A DNA stretch of 64,000 bases from Podarcis cretensis (taxonomy: Eukaryota), in contig OX638156.1 of NCBI GenBank assembly GCA_951804945.1, forward strand, positions 62,868,001 to 62,932,000, read 5' to 3'. The position numbers were made by a program, and so were the translations under genes. Shown piece by piece: positions 25,320-39,181 of the stretch (its first letter is position 1; the number at the start of each line of letters is the position of its first letter). Under the pieces are notes generated by a model. That model ran no database searches. It worked only from the letters and a program-made list of their open reading frames with translations, and was not told the origin of the DNA.

Positions 25320-25600
25320 GCCATGTACGATACCATCACAGAAACAGTAGGTTGCCTTATACATTATGATCCCAAGGCAATATTTTTAGGATTCTCAAAA
25401 ACCACAATTCCTGAAAATGACTTGAAGGTGGTGGTCAACTTAATAGCAGCTGCAAAAATAAATACTGCAAAGAAATGGAAGAAGAGAAATGCGGTGTTTT
25501 TATCAGATTGCATTAAGAAGATGTAATTTATCACAACATTGATAAAATTAACTTTTTAAAAGAGAATTCAAGACTTGTGTGATTTGTTTGACATGTGGTT
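25320..25600 (+). mobile_element. Old L1 ORF2 C-terminal remnant
   Basis: DPKAIFLG...VVNLIAAAKINTAKKWK parallels PEAFLLG...YATTAARILLAKYWK in the L1 at 3080-3784. Confidence 0.6.
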
Positions 25601-26893
25601 TCAGCCCTGCATCTCTGACAGTTTAAGTTGTGTGCACACACACCTGGGATTGTCACAGTGCACTCAGTAGGGTTTACTTCAGAGTAGATGTGTATATGAT
25701 TGCACTGTGAATTAGGTGAAAATCCCAGTTAAAAAGATTTGAAAGGATTTTTATGACAGTGGAAGACTGCACACTTTACAGCGATTATGCTCATTATTAT
25801 TATATTATTGCAAGTATTGTGTTCAGATGCAGAGCTGTACATTTGCAATGATTATGTTCATTATTTTTTATAGTGGATAGCTGGAATATGGAATTTATAC
25901 AAAAGACGAAAAGGTGTATTTCCCTTAAATAGTGAGCTGAAAATTGATCTACTTGCTTTACAACATGCTAAAGCTATTGCAATCGTATGAATAGGTACTG
26001 TGACTGAAGTCAAAGAGTTTGCTCTTTGGTGAAGGGCCTACAATACAGGCATTTTCATAATCCAGGGTTATAAATGAATAGCTCTGATTATTCCAAGTGA
26101 CCATAATTTTTAAGTCTTCCAATATTTTTAGATACTTGTCCCTCTGCATCATTCTGTGAAAATGGGCTAGTGGGTACAAGGGCGCCTTTTGAAAGCCTGA
26201 CATATTCTCCATAAAATGAAATATAAAAGCCAAAGGTCTGAAGTTGTGAAAGAATGTATGTTTTATGTTCCTCCTAGCTGAAAGCTGGGAGGGTGGTTGC
26301 CAGCTTGATAGTACTGACTTGTAAAATTCTTGGATAATTTGGCATTGCAGAATGAGAAATTCAGTCTTGCCAAATATGTCTTGAATGTACTTTTTCAGTT
26401 CCCATCAAAGTATCTGGCTTGTGTAGCATCAGTTGGTGACATATAGAGAGAGGATAAATTTAAATGCAGTTAAAGAGATATTTTAATGCACTACCATATG
26501 TGGCATGACGCTTGACAATATTGAGAGGTATTCAAACCATTTGTCAGCATGAATGCCACAGAATGAAGTAAGCTGAGGGTTCCCATCTTACTGAGCTGTT
26601 TTTCATAGTTGCATTTCCATTCATGTGAGCAATGCAACTAGGGATTGTTGATCTTTTCAATGAAACTTACCTGGAATGTTTATAGAGGTTACTGCAAGAC
26701 TGCACTCAATAGACTTTTACCACTTGTGTTCCATTGCTTGTGGGTGTGGGGGCAACAGTTGGAAAAATAACAGTCCAGAGTAAAGTCTGGATCAGGCCGT
26801 AGATTGCCTCTTTGAAGTGAGACAGAACATCACACACATTGTCTTTAATCCTACTTCCTGTTCAATGATAAAGGACTTCAACGATTATTCTAA

Positions 26894-27880
26894 ATAAAGA
26901 GTGGTGTAAAACAGGGCTGTATTTTTGCCCCAACCCTCTTTGGCATATTCTGCTCCATGTTTTTCTCATACGCCTTCATCTCAACTGAAGATATACATGC
27001 ATACAAGGAGCAACAGGGGTCTGTACAACCTGGCATGTCTCTGTGCCAAGACTAAAGTGTGGTGGATCCTTATCCATGAGATGTTGTTTACAGATGACTC
27101 AGCCTTGACAGCACACTCTGAGGAAGCTCTACAGAGACTCATCAACTATTTTGCCCAAGCCTGCAGGGGTTCAGCCTTACTATAAGCCCGACGAAGACCA
27201 ACGTCTTGGGTCAGGATGTCACCAGCACTCCACAGATCAGCATTGGTGACCACACACTTGAGGTGGTAGACAATTTTGTCTATCTGGGTTCCATCATAAC
27301 TAGCAATCTCTCCATTGATGCCGAGCTGGACAAGCCTATTGGCAATGCAGCTATGGCAATGGCTCACCTCTCCAAAAGGGTGTGGGTGAATGTGATGCTA
27401 ATGTCCAATACCAAGATGAAGATCTACCAGGTTTGCGTGTTGAGTATGCTGCTTTATGGAAGTGAGTTGTGGGCAACTTACAACCATCAAGAGCAACACC
27501 CCCAATGCCTTTGACATGCACTGCGTCAGGAAGATTTTGGGTATCAAGTGGCAGGACAGAATTCCAAACAAAGATGTGCTCTCTCAAGCCCATATTCCTA
27601 GCATGTTCACATTTCCGTCTCAGTGATGTCTACACTGGCTTGGTCATGTCCACAGAATGAAAGAGGGCAGGAGCTCTATGAGAAGCTGGCTTCTGATGCT
27701 TGGTTGGTAGGCAGACCAACTCTGTGTTACATGTGACATGAAGGCTGCCATGTGGGAATCCCTTGCAGACGACCCCAGTGCCTGGAGATAGGTAGTCAAG
27801 TCATGTATCCATAGCAGTAACCAGAGGAGAAATGAACACTGGGAGGAGTGCAGATAGAAGGAACCACATGGTGCATCTTC
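26894..27880 (+). mobile_element. RTE-clade LINE reverse transcriptase fragment, degraded
   Basis: KSGVKQGCIFAPTLFGIF, EMLFTDDSALTAHSEEALQRL, LEVVDNFVYLGS, LLYGSELW and a W(L)GHV.RM remnant. Confidence 0.9.
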
Positions 27881-28219
27881 CAGAGAAGAGAAGACTGAGA
27901 GGTGATATGATAGCCATTGTCAAATATCTGAAGGGCTGTCACATGGAAGAGGGTAGGACCCCTAAGCCAATTGTTTCAAATTACAAGAAAGGATATTCCA
28001 CCTTAGCATTAGGAAGAACTTTCTGACAGTAAGAGCTGTTTGACATTGGAATGGACTCCCTTGGAAGGTGCTGAACTCTCCTTCACTGGAGGTTTTTAAG
28101 CAGAGGTTGGATAGGCATCTGGCAGGGATTCTTTAACATGGTGATGCCTGTATTGCAGGGGGTTGGAATAGATGACCCTTGGTGTACTTTCCAATTCTAA
28201 AATGCCATGATTCTATGAC
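27881..28219 (+). mobile_element. CR1 LINE 3' end
   Basis: EKRRLRGDMIAIVKYLKG...LEVFKQRLD ORF2 end, 3' UTR and tgattctatga tail. Confidence 0.9.
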
Positions 28220-29274
28220 TGTAGCTTAAGAAATTGGCAATTCATAGAGGTGATGATGATGATGATGATTATATTTAATGCTACTACTAATATTACATTT
28301 ATGTAATACTTGCCAGCCAAGCATTCATTCAGAAATGCACATAGGGTGTGGCTTGCCGCTTTGAAGCATGGGTCTAGTCCTCCGGGAAAGTTCTGATCTC
28401 TGCAAGGAGATCCAGATTTTCACTTTTTGAAATATGGCAACCTTAACCAACTGAGTAAAGAATTCCAGAGTTAAAAACTAAGTTATAGATTGATCTTGCA
28501 GGATCAATGCCACATCTTTGCTGTGCTTGGTGAAAGTAAACTGCATTGTGGGAAGACTATACCACTTGTCTCCATATGAAGGCTTGGCAAGATATAGTGG
28601 TGGTTTTAAAGCTACTAGTTGAGAGCTTCACTCTTCTGTCTCCAGATCACACTCAGTTAATAAACACAACCGTGGTGGTAGATGATTTAAGCAGAGGTTT
28701 GCCTGGGCCCAGACAGTGTGTTGTGGTGAAGGAGATCAGTATCTTTTGTCAGTTTTCCATCTTTAAAATTAAGAAATCTCTTGCAAATCTGTACTGACGG
28801 CAATATTCTCCCTTCGCTGAGCTCTGCAAAGGGGTGATTGTTGGGTTTTGTCTTTTGAAGATTAAAGAAAAAAGGGAAAGATCGACATTGCTGCTCAAGC
28901 CTACATTCCCCTTTCTCCTCCTCCCTTGATCCACCTACATCCCATCAGCTCGGCTCTTAGCACCTCCCTCTTCTACTCCTTCTGCCTCTGAAAACTTCTG
29001 TTTTCTCAGTGGGACCAGCTTTGAACCTCAGAAGTGTTAACTGACTCATTTCTGAAAATAATCTCTATGCAAAGAAAACGCATCAGGAAATCAGGTGCAA
29101 ATCATGAATGGTTTTGTGGGAAGGAAAGTTGTTTGCCCTTTCATCTGATGCTGGAAAAGAGGGGCCTCCCCAGGGTCCTTCCTTTTCCATTGAAGAGAGA
29201 TAAATTCTACCCTCTGCACACATCTCTGAGGGTCAAGGCAGATGTTCAGTGCTCTGCACTTGTCAGATCAACTC

Positions 29275-29456
29275 ATAGGTACATGGGAAACGGCCTGATA
29301 CTGAGTCAGACCATTGGTCAATCCAACTGCCTGGCAGCAGCTGTGAGTCTCTTCCAGGCAAGAGTCTCTCCCAGCCCTATCTGGAGATGCCAAAGATTGA
29401 ACCTGGGACCTTATTCTTGCAAGACAGATGCTCCACCACAGAGCTATGGCCCTTTC
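29275..29456 (-). mobile_element. Squam3-like tRNA-derived SINE
   Basis: Reverse complement of the gggccatagctctgtggtggagcatctg head and the ...tctgactcagtat tail. Confidence 0.75.
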
Positions 29457-29727
29457 TTGCAGGTAGGGACCAAAACAACCACAATGGGGTGGGTATGTCC
29501 ATGATCAGGTCTCCTGACTTTAAATGATTAAGGCAGAAGGTCTTACCCCACTATCAACCCCCCCCATTAGTTTTGCTAGAGAAAAAATGATGGGCTTGAT
29601 GCAAGGATCTTTCCCCCATCCCACTTCCATGGGACTAATGAGAACTTCAGGGAGGGGTCAGTTTCCATTGGGGAAACACTGTGTTTTGTGGAAGCACCCC
29701 AGTGCAGTGACACCCCACAACCAGCTT

Positions 29728-29965
29728 GGAGAAGGGCTGTAACCCAGTGGTAGAGCACCTGCCTTGCATGCAGAAGGTATGAGGTTCAATCTCTGGAATC
29801 TCTGGATAATGCTGGGAGTGTCCCCCACCAGAAATCCCAAAGAGATTTCTGCCTGCCAGTTTAGACAGTACTGAGCTACATGGGCCAATGGTTTGACTAG
29901 AATCCCTTCCAACTATACAATTCTATGATTCTGTGACACTTAAGTATAAGGCAGCTGGCGGCTTC
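29728..29965 (+). mobile_element. Squam3-like SINE with an internal CR1 tail insertion
   Basis: tRNA head gggctgtaacccagtggtagagcacctgccttgcatgcagaagg...ggttcaatc; cccttccaactatacaattctatgattctgtga inserted before agtataaggcagc. Confidence 0.75.
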
Positions 29966-30294
29966 CTGAAAACGAATAGGAGGGGTGGAAAGAAGAGGTT
30001 TTGATCAGAGAACTTTGACATCACACTTAGTTTGATCCTTTGTTGTGAGGACGTTTCCTGGCAGGTCAGATGGCTCTGTTTCTGGAATCCAGGGATGTGA
30101 TTTGATTGTAGTGCAAGGAGACCAGCTATTGTTTGTGCCATGCTGGATATAGGAGACTACCCCTAGGTGCACAGCTGAAAACTCTGTTATGGACACCTTA
30201 ACATTTTTATTAACCCAAGAGAGGCAGATTGTTAATGTTAGTGAGAGGGAAGTATTTTTGTTACAGTTAGAGTCAATTTTTCTTCTTTAATATA

Positions 30295-30639
30295 CGCTGT
30301 GGGTTAAACCACAGAGCCTAGGACTTGCCGATCAGAAGGTCAGCGGTTCAGATCCCTGCGACGGGCTGAGCTCCCGTTGCTTGGTCTCTGCTCCTGCCAA
30401 CCTAGCAGTTCGAAAGCACATCAAAGTGCAAGTAGGTAAATAGGTACCGCTCCGGTGGGAAGGTAAATTGCATTTCTGTGCGCTGCTCTGGTTCGCCAGA
30501 AGCGGCTTAGTCATGCTGGCCACATGACCCAGAAGCTGTATGCCGGCTCCCTCAGCCAATAAAGCGAGATGAGCGCCACAAGCCCAGAGTCAGTCACGAC
30601 TGGACCTAATGGTCAGGGGTTCCTTTACCTTTACCTTTA
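30295..30639 (+). mobile_element. Sauria SINE, slightly 5'-truncated
   Basis: gctgtgggttaaaccacagagcctaggacttgccgatcagaagg head, conserved central body and (ACCTTT)n tail. Confidence 0.92.
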
Positions 30640-31944
30640 TGTATGTATGAAGGCATCATTTTCTGTTCCTCCCTGCATTTGTTATACACAGTTCTGTTTC
30701 TGTGTCACTGCAGTTTGCCTTCTGCCAAAATTCATTGTTTGTGTGCTGTCCACTGTGGTGAATTACCACAGGTTTCAATAATGTTATTCTGCCCTTTTCA
30801 TTTGAGTGCAAAAGAAGCACAGTGCAAATAGGGAAGGGCGTAATCAATTACAAAATGTTTGCAGACTGAATGTAGTAACAACAGTGAATACTGATTATAT
30901 TTATTTCTGTTCTGGGCACGTGACATGGCAGCTTACAGTTTCATTGGAACTCCCCAACATCCCTATTGGTTGACTTTAGATGTTACCATAGAAATGGGGG
31001 AAAGCCACAAGCAATAGACGTATGGAATTCCTCCAGTGGTCCACAGACTCTCAGTGTTGAGACCTCAGTTCTATTGTGCACCCTGATCTGTCCATATTGT
31101 GTTGGAGCAATCGGTCACATCTGTAAAGGAACACTATTTCTTTAAGTTCATGCCATGTATTTATTTATACATTTCACTGGGGTATGTCAAGTTATATCTC
31201 ATCACAGTGCTTGATGTAATCTGAGGCAAATCAGATGCATGCATAAATGAATTAAAGGTTGCTTCCTTTACTGAGACAGCTTTGAAAGTCTTTGGGTTTT
31301 AGGCAAATAGTTGATATATCCATGACACCTGTGTCCACTGCATAAATAGGGGGGAAAAGCTATTTCCCCTGACTATTTCTCTCCCATAATGAATGCTTGT
31401 AGGGACTAAAGCAAGACAAATAGAAGCTTCCCCATGAATTATCAAATTAAGATCATTTTTAATCAAACCCTGAATCCTTTTCTCCTTCTAATTCCTCTAT
31501 GTGGCCCCACAATCACCATAACTAGATATAAGAAGAACAACCATTTAAATAGAATTCTGATTATCCAAATGTCTGAAATGCTCATGTAATTATTAGGTTG
31601 AATAATGTTATGCACTGATGCTCCATAGTGGGCACGACTGAACATTTACTGTTTCAAATATAAATGGTTTATGCTTTTATTTATTAAAAAATAAGCAGTG
31701 CAAGAACACTCAGGGCACATATCAATAAAAATCATTTCATTCCTCAATCTATCTATGAAGTCTTCCCTGCTCTGTAGTCCTTTCAGAGGAGGGTGCAAGA
31801 GCTGTGAATAAGTGGTTCCTGGAAGGAGGATTGTATCTGCTGTTGTTTATCTGGACATTGCAAATTGATCCAGAGGTCTGAATAGAGTCTTTGGGTTGTA
31901 TTCAACTAAGACTTACTCAAAGTAGACAATGTACCTTATTTAAT

Positions 31945-32310
31945 TATTTTTATTTTATTTTATTTATAGCATTTATACCAGGCTATTCAGCCAAAAAGGC
32001 TCCCAGAGCAGCTTATATAACAATCAAAACAAGAGGCAGTCTCTACCTGCAGGCATACAACCTAAACAAACAAACAAAAAACACAGCACACAAGGGGAAA
32101 AGGAACAGGGAGGGAAGAGAAGATCAAAACCAAACTCAGGCACCAATTTCTGAACAGTTGTCCCCACAATGATTGGCTGGCACAGTTCAAGGGCAGGTGG
32201 TGCCTAATGGAACTGGGCCTCCAGCAGAGCTGATGAAGGGAGCCCTGCTTCCTATGTCCCTACTGAGGCAGACTGATGGAATGGCTGCCCCCAGATGATA
32301 CCTGACGGTC
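31945..32310 (-). mobile_element. L2-type 3' end nested in a small MITE
   Basis: tttatttatagcatttatacc...ctcccagagcagctta is the reverse complement of an L2-like 3' terminus; flanked by two halves of the gggttgta MITE. Confidence 0.5.
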
Positions 32311-34035
32311 TAGTGGCGCTAGTAACTTCAGTGGGTCTACTCGTAATAGGACAAGCATTGGGTCCAACTCAATGACAGTAATCTCGTCTGGGAACTGAAG
32401 ATTCAGCTCAAGGTAATGCAAAGTAACGATGAAGAACAAGCTTCCCTTCTTTCATCATTGCATAACTAAAGCCAATTCATCCACCTTTTGAAATATGACT
32501 TCTATTGTGGAGGCTGTGACTTCTCCCAGCAGCCTTGAAACACAGTGCTTTTTGTTTTCGAAGCTGAGATACACCTTCAGTGGAGTTAATCAGTTTAAAG
32601 TGATGCTAAAAATGTTTTCCATGAAATTTTATTACTTAGTTAGCCCCGTTAATTTCAGCAGGTCTACTTGGAGTAAAATTTAGTTAAATACCATGCCGTG
32701 CAAGATCTGCTAAATTGTAGAAGCAATCTTCAATATACAAAGTTTTCCAGGAAGCCAAAGCTTTTGTTCCTTTTTAGTTTTGTAGAATATTTAAATACAC
32801 TTACAATGAACAGAAATTTTATTAAGTAATCCCACCCCCACCCCCCCAAAAAAGCCTACCAACGTAGCCATTCAACCTGCACTTTCATCATTGGTTTCAT
32901 CTGTGCATGTTATTGGTCCTTAAACTTTCATTTGATAAGAGTAATCTAGCCTATGTGTACAACACATATTTAAAGCATATGGCCCTCCCCCCCCCCGAAT
33001 AATAGTAATGGGAACTGTATTTTATACTCCACAAAGCTACAATTCCCAACAACCTTCGCAAACTACAGTTCCCAGGATTGTTTAGGATAAGTTGTGCACT
33101 TCAAATGTATGGCAGTACACAGCCTCTGTTTATGAGAGAGCTTTTCTTTCCCTTGAAACACATCTATTTATTCCACTGACACCTACCACTGAGAGAGATA
33201 ATCCACAACAGGCAACGTCGCTGTCAAACTTGGCCAACAAGCAGCTCATGACTCAACCAACAGATGTTTCAGCGGCTTAGGTCAAAGGGAACTTATGGAC
33301 TTTGTGTGTCCCCCTCCCCCCATCTCTTTTGCTTCTAAAATGAATGCCAGGGATATCAGCACCAGGTACAGGCATTTGACCTAACCAGTAGTCGGAGCAA
33401 CTGAACTGAGACCTGGAGGAGATGAAAAGGCCAAAACATTAGTCAGTTGAGCCAACAAGCTGGCCACAGTCCAGCATTTCAGACAACTCACACTCCATTT
33501 GCATGTCTGGAGTTTTAGCAATAGTGTTGTGTACTTATTTGATGATTTCTTTCTGAGTTTACGCTCCTGACAGGTACCCCTGTGAACAAAATCTCACCGG
33601 GCTACCTTGTATGAATATTTCACTCTCAATTCTGCTTTTGATCTTTGTTGCATATGTGCATTTCACATTATACTTAGTTTTGCACAGAATCACATTTTAA
33701 GCCCCTATGAAATGGAAATGAAATGATCAACATAAGTGTGGCAGTGGGGGGGCTTGCAGATTTAAATTGTTTTTAAATATAGGCAGATTGATTTGCAGGG
33801 GCTTAACCCTTTCTGCTTTCATCTTTTTTTTGTGTGCATGCATGAGTTGCAAAGAGCTTGATCCTAAAGTCCTGGCTGAGACAAATTCACACTGGATGAT
33901 TGCATATTATTATCATTTTTGTCTGTGCCATATGATGTTTTAAAAGAAGAGGAGACTATAGAACAGTCTTCTTCAGATTATGCAGGGGGTTAAATATGTT
34001 GCTCTTCCTGTCTCAACTCCTGTCACCATCTGTCT

Positions 34036-34150
34036 CAGGGGTAGGCAACATGGTGCCTTCCAGATGCTACTAGACTGCTACTCCCCAGCCAGCAGGGCCA
34101 GTAGTCCAGGATGTTGGGAGCTGTAGCCCAGTAACATCTGGAGAGCACCA
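34036..34150. mobile_element. hAT-type short MITE
   Basis: caggggtaggcaac TIR and gactactcccagc/gatgttgggagctgtag hairpin; relatives at about 4205-4310, 7551-7610, 39631-39735, 51805-51915 and 53660-53770. Confidence 0.65.
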
Positions 34151-37100
34151 CACTGACTGTTGTTGTTCTTCTGATCCCATCCAAACTTCCTTGCACTTCA
34201 CGTGAGCTTTGAGCAAAATTCTGCCCTTGCACAAATGGATCTTAGGAAATATTCTAGAGTTCTGCAACAGAGGCCACTTCTCAGTTCTTCTCTTGCCTAT
34301 AGTTTGAGAGTGCCTTTCTGCTTAGTTCTCTTCTGAGCACTTCATTCCAAAGTCTTAGCTTCCAACACCCCTCAGTGCATAAGAACATTGGAAGAGCCTG
34401 CTGGGTCAGGCCAATGGCCCATCTAATCCCCTATGAATATGCTCAGTCCTGTTTTCAAATAATCTAGGTTGGTGGCCATCACTGCCTCCTTTAGGGGCGA
34501 GTTCCATAGTTTATGTTTAGCACAGTTTACCTATTCCATTACTACTATGAATAAGCTCTGCAAGAAAGGAAAGAAGCTCACATACTTTCTCCCCAGTCTA
34601 GGAGGCAGACACTTGAGCAAACCTCTGCTCTTTGCATCCCCTTTGCCAGTGCTGCAGGTGAGATGAAAGTTCTCCCATTGTCTACCCTGTCTCCCCCAGA
34701 ACTATTTGGGGAATCTGGAAACTTCCTGCCTTTCCACGTCCCCAAAGTCTCCTATCCCAAGCCATTTTCTAGACCAACTGAAGGTTAATATAATTAAGGT
34801 AGAAATGAAAGGAAGGAATTTTAAAACTTTCTGCAATAATAATAACTGGAATTATAATAATTGGGAGTTTAATTATTACAATTGCCAGTGGCAGTCCCAA
34901 GATGACATGGGGTCATTATTTGCTTGCCTTAAGCATTGTGTTCTCTGATATGCCTGCACTGGGCATAATCCACCAAGCACTGTTGCTGCAGATGTTGGTG
35001 TCAGAAGTTCTTTCCCATGCATAGTACGTACTTGTCCCAGAGGTAGATAATTCCATTGGATCAAATGTTTGCCATTAAAGCAATTTTCACTGCTTGGTAA
35101 AAAACCAAAAAAAAAAAAAACCATGTAGTACTCTATATTATTCTGTTTTACATGCAAGTAAAATCTAATAGTTTGAACAAAATTATGCTGTAGCTCCCGT
35201 AGTACACAGAAAAGGGTGGCATTGCTCACCTGCCTTCTGAACACTGAGCGTTGCTGCTGGTTTCCGAGGGAGAGGGGCAATGGGCAGGGAGCAAGACACA
35301 CTGAGGATGGGGCAGCAGAGCCAGTCCAGTGCTCCTGACGCCAGGTCCATACAGTGTCTTGTTCCTCATGCCCTGCCCCACCCCTTTCCAGGAAGCAGCA
35401 GTGACACTCTACCCTCAGAAGGCATGGGAGCAACACTAAGCTGCCCCTTCCCCAGCACCTGGCTCCAGCTTTTGCTTTTTCAATTCATTGACTGTTCTAC
35501 AAAGTTTGTCATTTGGCTTCTAGTGGTCATATTATGATTACATTGTGATTAGTATGCTTTAAGCAAGAATGGCTGTCTGTAAATAGTTTGTTTTTAATTT
35601 GAACAGGTAAGGTATCTAAAAAAAGAAAGAAAAACACATAGGTATTTCTGAAAGTTAGAAGAATTTTGAACATCCATGTCAATTATCCATTGCTTATTTT
35701 CAGCTAAGCATACAGTGAAAAAGGGAAAAGTAAATGAGATGTTGTTGAGTTATATGCAAACTGGCAATAAACTGACTGCATGGCTTGTCAGCTCGTTGCA
35801 TCTGTTTTAATTTTGGTTAAAACTATTTTTAACAATAAATAATTTTGGCTTGTTGTGAATTGACACCCTAGACTAACCACACTTGAATATAACATCGTAG
35901 GCGATGCCGGAAAATATGATTAAGTCTTACACAAGAACTCCTATAGAAATTAATGAATAATTTTGCTTAAACAAAAAAAATCAAGGGGAAACAATTTAAT
36001 CATCATTTTTGTCAAATGTTTTCATTTAATGATGCTGTTGATCAGATGGAGCTAGCTCTTGGAAGTTTTACATTACTCCCAACAAGTTGTACCCATTATT
36101 CAACCTTTCATATTACCAACACTGGATTTAATATATTTACAATATAATACGTCACTGCCCATGCAGTATTTAATTCTTAATTTTAGTGATACTTGTGAAT
36201 AAAAATTAACCAGCAATGCTTGACCAAATTATTGCACATAGAGGTAGACTGGATTGAAAGAAAAACAAAAGAATAGATCAAAATCCAGTGCAATGTCAGT
36301 TATGCTTCGGCTGATTGAGTCTAATAATCCTGTTAAGATGAATAGACCCTCCTTCCTGCTTCTGCCAAGATTTAACTATTTCAGCCATGTCTTTTAGCAT
36401 TGCCTACATATCTGTCAACGAAGAATAGGTCAACCATACCGCCCTACTGTTTATTTATTAATCATCTGGCAAATAAACCATTCCGTATCCTGACCAGTGC
36501 AGTAATATTTGTGATGTAATTTGTTTGGATGCCCAAATGTCACCAGCGTTGATTGTAAGAGATAAAAAAAAATGCACTTGCTCAGCACACCCAGCTCTGG
36601 GCTAAAATGTAAGCATGAAATCTCTGGTTTATTTTTGTAATAATGTTTACAGCTGCTTAATGACCCTGAAAAGGTTCAGGAGTCTGGCGCTCTGTATTTC
36701 TTAACAGGAGTATATTATCACATCATAACAACCTTAGTTAAGCTGCATCTCAGCTACAACAATAAGACTCCTATTTAACAAAATTTCGCCATCCATTCTA
36801 CAAAGCTTTCTCCATAATACTCAATTCAAGTGTTACTCAGGACTAAAGTGGTCTTGAACATCTATGGGTGATAAATAATCTCTGCTCCCAAGAACATTCC
36901 TACTGGCTGAATGTAAAATGTAAAGGGTAAAAGGTGTGATTCTGCAGTTACTCAGAGTATTTAGAAATTCAAGTGGCCTTGATCTTCTATGAGAAGGGAA
37001 ACACTGAGTAAAAGCAGTTGCAAATTTCCATGCATATAAGGGCAAGGGTGTAATTTACAGATGATGACAGGGCACTGCCCTGTTTTTCAGACCGCATGAG

Positions 37101-37679
37101 GTTTTCCGATCAGCTACAGTTTGTTGATTGTGTATTATGTATGTTACAACTGTCTCTGTTTACTAAGGAAAGCTAGTAGTTTCTGGTATTTTCTGGTATC
37201 TTTCTAATTTCTGGTAATTGGTCCTGGTGAATTCCTATTCCCCATCCCTTGCCATGTTCTGCCTTTTGGAGACGCTGAGCATTCTTAGGGTGATTGGTAA
37301 AGTTGGACATATACTTAGGAATATGATATCAGAATGATAAGTAAAACTCTCTTGTCCCTAATGCATATGCATACAGATGAACGCTGAGACATCATGGAGT
37401 ACACAGCCTGCAATTTCATACCATGTAGTTGCCGGGATATATTTTGAACTGTTGATAACCTATTGCAGGGCAATTAGATTTTTCTAGCATGACTGTAATG
37501 AAAAGAACAAATACTCTCTTGGCTTCTAAATTGGCGGAAAATAGGCTATTGCGTAATAAATGAAACCAGCTTAAAACAGGTGGATAAGAACCTTCAGCAA
37601 TGAAAAATAGTTGAATATGGGTTTCAAGCTGATCTCTGTTTTCACCTGTGAAAACAATTAAATGGACCTTGGTGCTTAT

Positions 37680-37770
37680 TAGGGATGGGAAAATAAATTT
37701 TGGGATTCTCCCCCTTGCTCCTTTTCCCTGTCTTAAGTTCAATTCTCCAAATTTCCACATCAGTTTGTGA

Positions 37771-37804
<34 letters not shown>

Positions 37805-38124
37805 TATTAAATACTCATGGAAATTCACCAGCATTTTAGGGTGCATTTCTTCTAATCATAATACTGAATTTGATAAACATTTTTTTTTTAAAAAATGCAA
37901 TATTTACTGTTATTTTTACTAGTACATGCATTTGTAAGCATACCTTACCTGTGTATATGCATCCTTGTACACATTACTTGGCTGGAGAACTGCACTTGAA
38001 AATTTGGAGAAGTGTGAATCTTGAAGGATGACTGCATTTTAGTTCTCTCTTTTTGTGGGGGAGAGTGTAAACAAGGTAGGTTTACCATTAATGTGAACTG
38101 AATCATATTTCTCCCCCGTCCCTC
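37680..38124. mobile_element. hAT-like non-autonomous element containing a (TAT)n tract
   Basis: Ends tagggatggga / tcccccgtccct; (TAT)n at 37771-37808. Confidence 0.55.
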
Positions 38125-38816
38125 CTAAATTTGCATGCCCTTCACTTTAAAAATAATGGGCAACTGACCAGTGTAAGATTGCTATTGTTATTAGGAGGTG
38201 TAGGTGGTTTCAAGTAAATGCCTTGGTGCAAAAATGGTTGTATTTCAAACAAGGCCGGGACATGCACAATATAGCACAGCAAGCATTATGATTCATTCAT
38301 TCTTCTGGAATATTAAGGCTGGGATCCAATGTGGGGTTTTTTTTTTGTTTTGTTTTTTTTTAAAAGTCCAAGTGTGTAGGCACAGCCAGTGGGATTTTTG
38401 CCCTTGTTTTATTTGAATCATAGACCCCAGTCCATGCTGTATTGCAAAGTGCTTTTGAAGCTCCACCACCCCAAGTCCCAGAAATAGCTTTCTGGGCACC
38501 ATCCAGAGCTGCTGTTTAAGAAACAGAAGTTAAAAGCTGCCTTGTGTCCTCCAGATTTGTTGTCCTGATCCTGGCATAGGTTTTCACCATTAGAGATTTC
38601 TTCTACATGACAGTGATTAGATGTAAGTATTAATATTTCCCTGTCCACCACCAGAAGAGGTAAATGACATTAAAAAAGCAGGAAAACAAAGCATTAGTCC
38701 GGTGTTCCTGTACCTCAAATCAGCCTTGTAAAAAGTTTCACAGTCCAGTTAGCAAATATCCAAATATTCTTTCTTACAAGAATGTTGTTTAATTTAAGTG
38801 TCGCTCTAGTCTCAGA

Positions 38817-39181
38817 GGGACGCAGGTGGTGCTGTGGGTAAAACCTCAGCACCTAGGACTTGCCAATCATCAGGTTGGCGGTTCGAATCCCCGCGGCGGG
38901 GTGCGCTCCCGTTGCTCGGTCCCAGCGCCTGCCCACCTAGCAGTTCGAAAGCACCCCCGGGTGCAAGTAGATAAATAGGGACCGCTTATCAGCGGGAAGG
39001 TAAACGGCGTTTCCGTGTGCTGCGCTGGCTTGCCAGATGCAGCTTTGTCACGCTGGCCACGTGACCCGGAAGTGTCTGCGGACAGCGCTGGCCCCCGGCC
39101 TCTTAAGTGAGATGGGCGCACAACCCTAGAGTCGGACACGACTGGCCCGTACGGGCAGGGGTACCTTTACCTTTACCTTTA
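38817..39181 (+). mobile_element. Full-length Sauria SINE (distinct subfamily) with 11-bp TSD
   Basis: gggacgcaggtggtgctgtggg head, B-box ggttcgaatcc, (ACCTTT)n tail; TSD ctagtctcaga at 38806-38816 and 39182-39192. Confidence 0.95.

Noticed and set aside
29733-29800. tRNA-like sequence
   Set aside because: It is the degenerate head of a SINE continuing into SINE body, not a tRNA gene; the same applies to the Sauria SINE heads.
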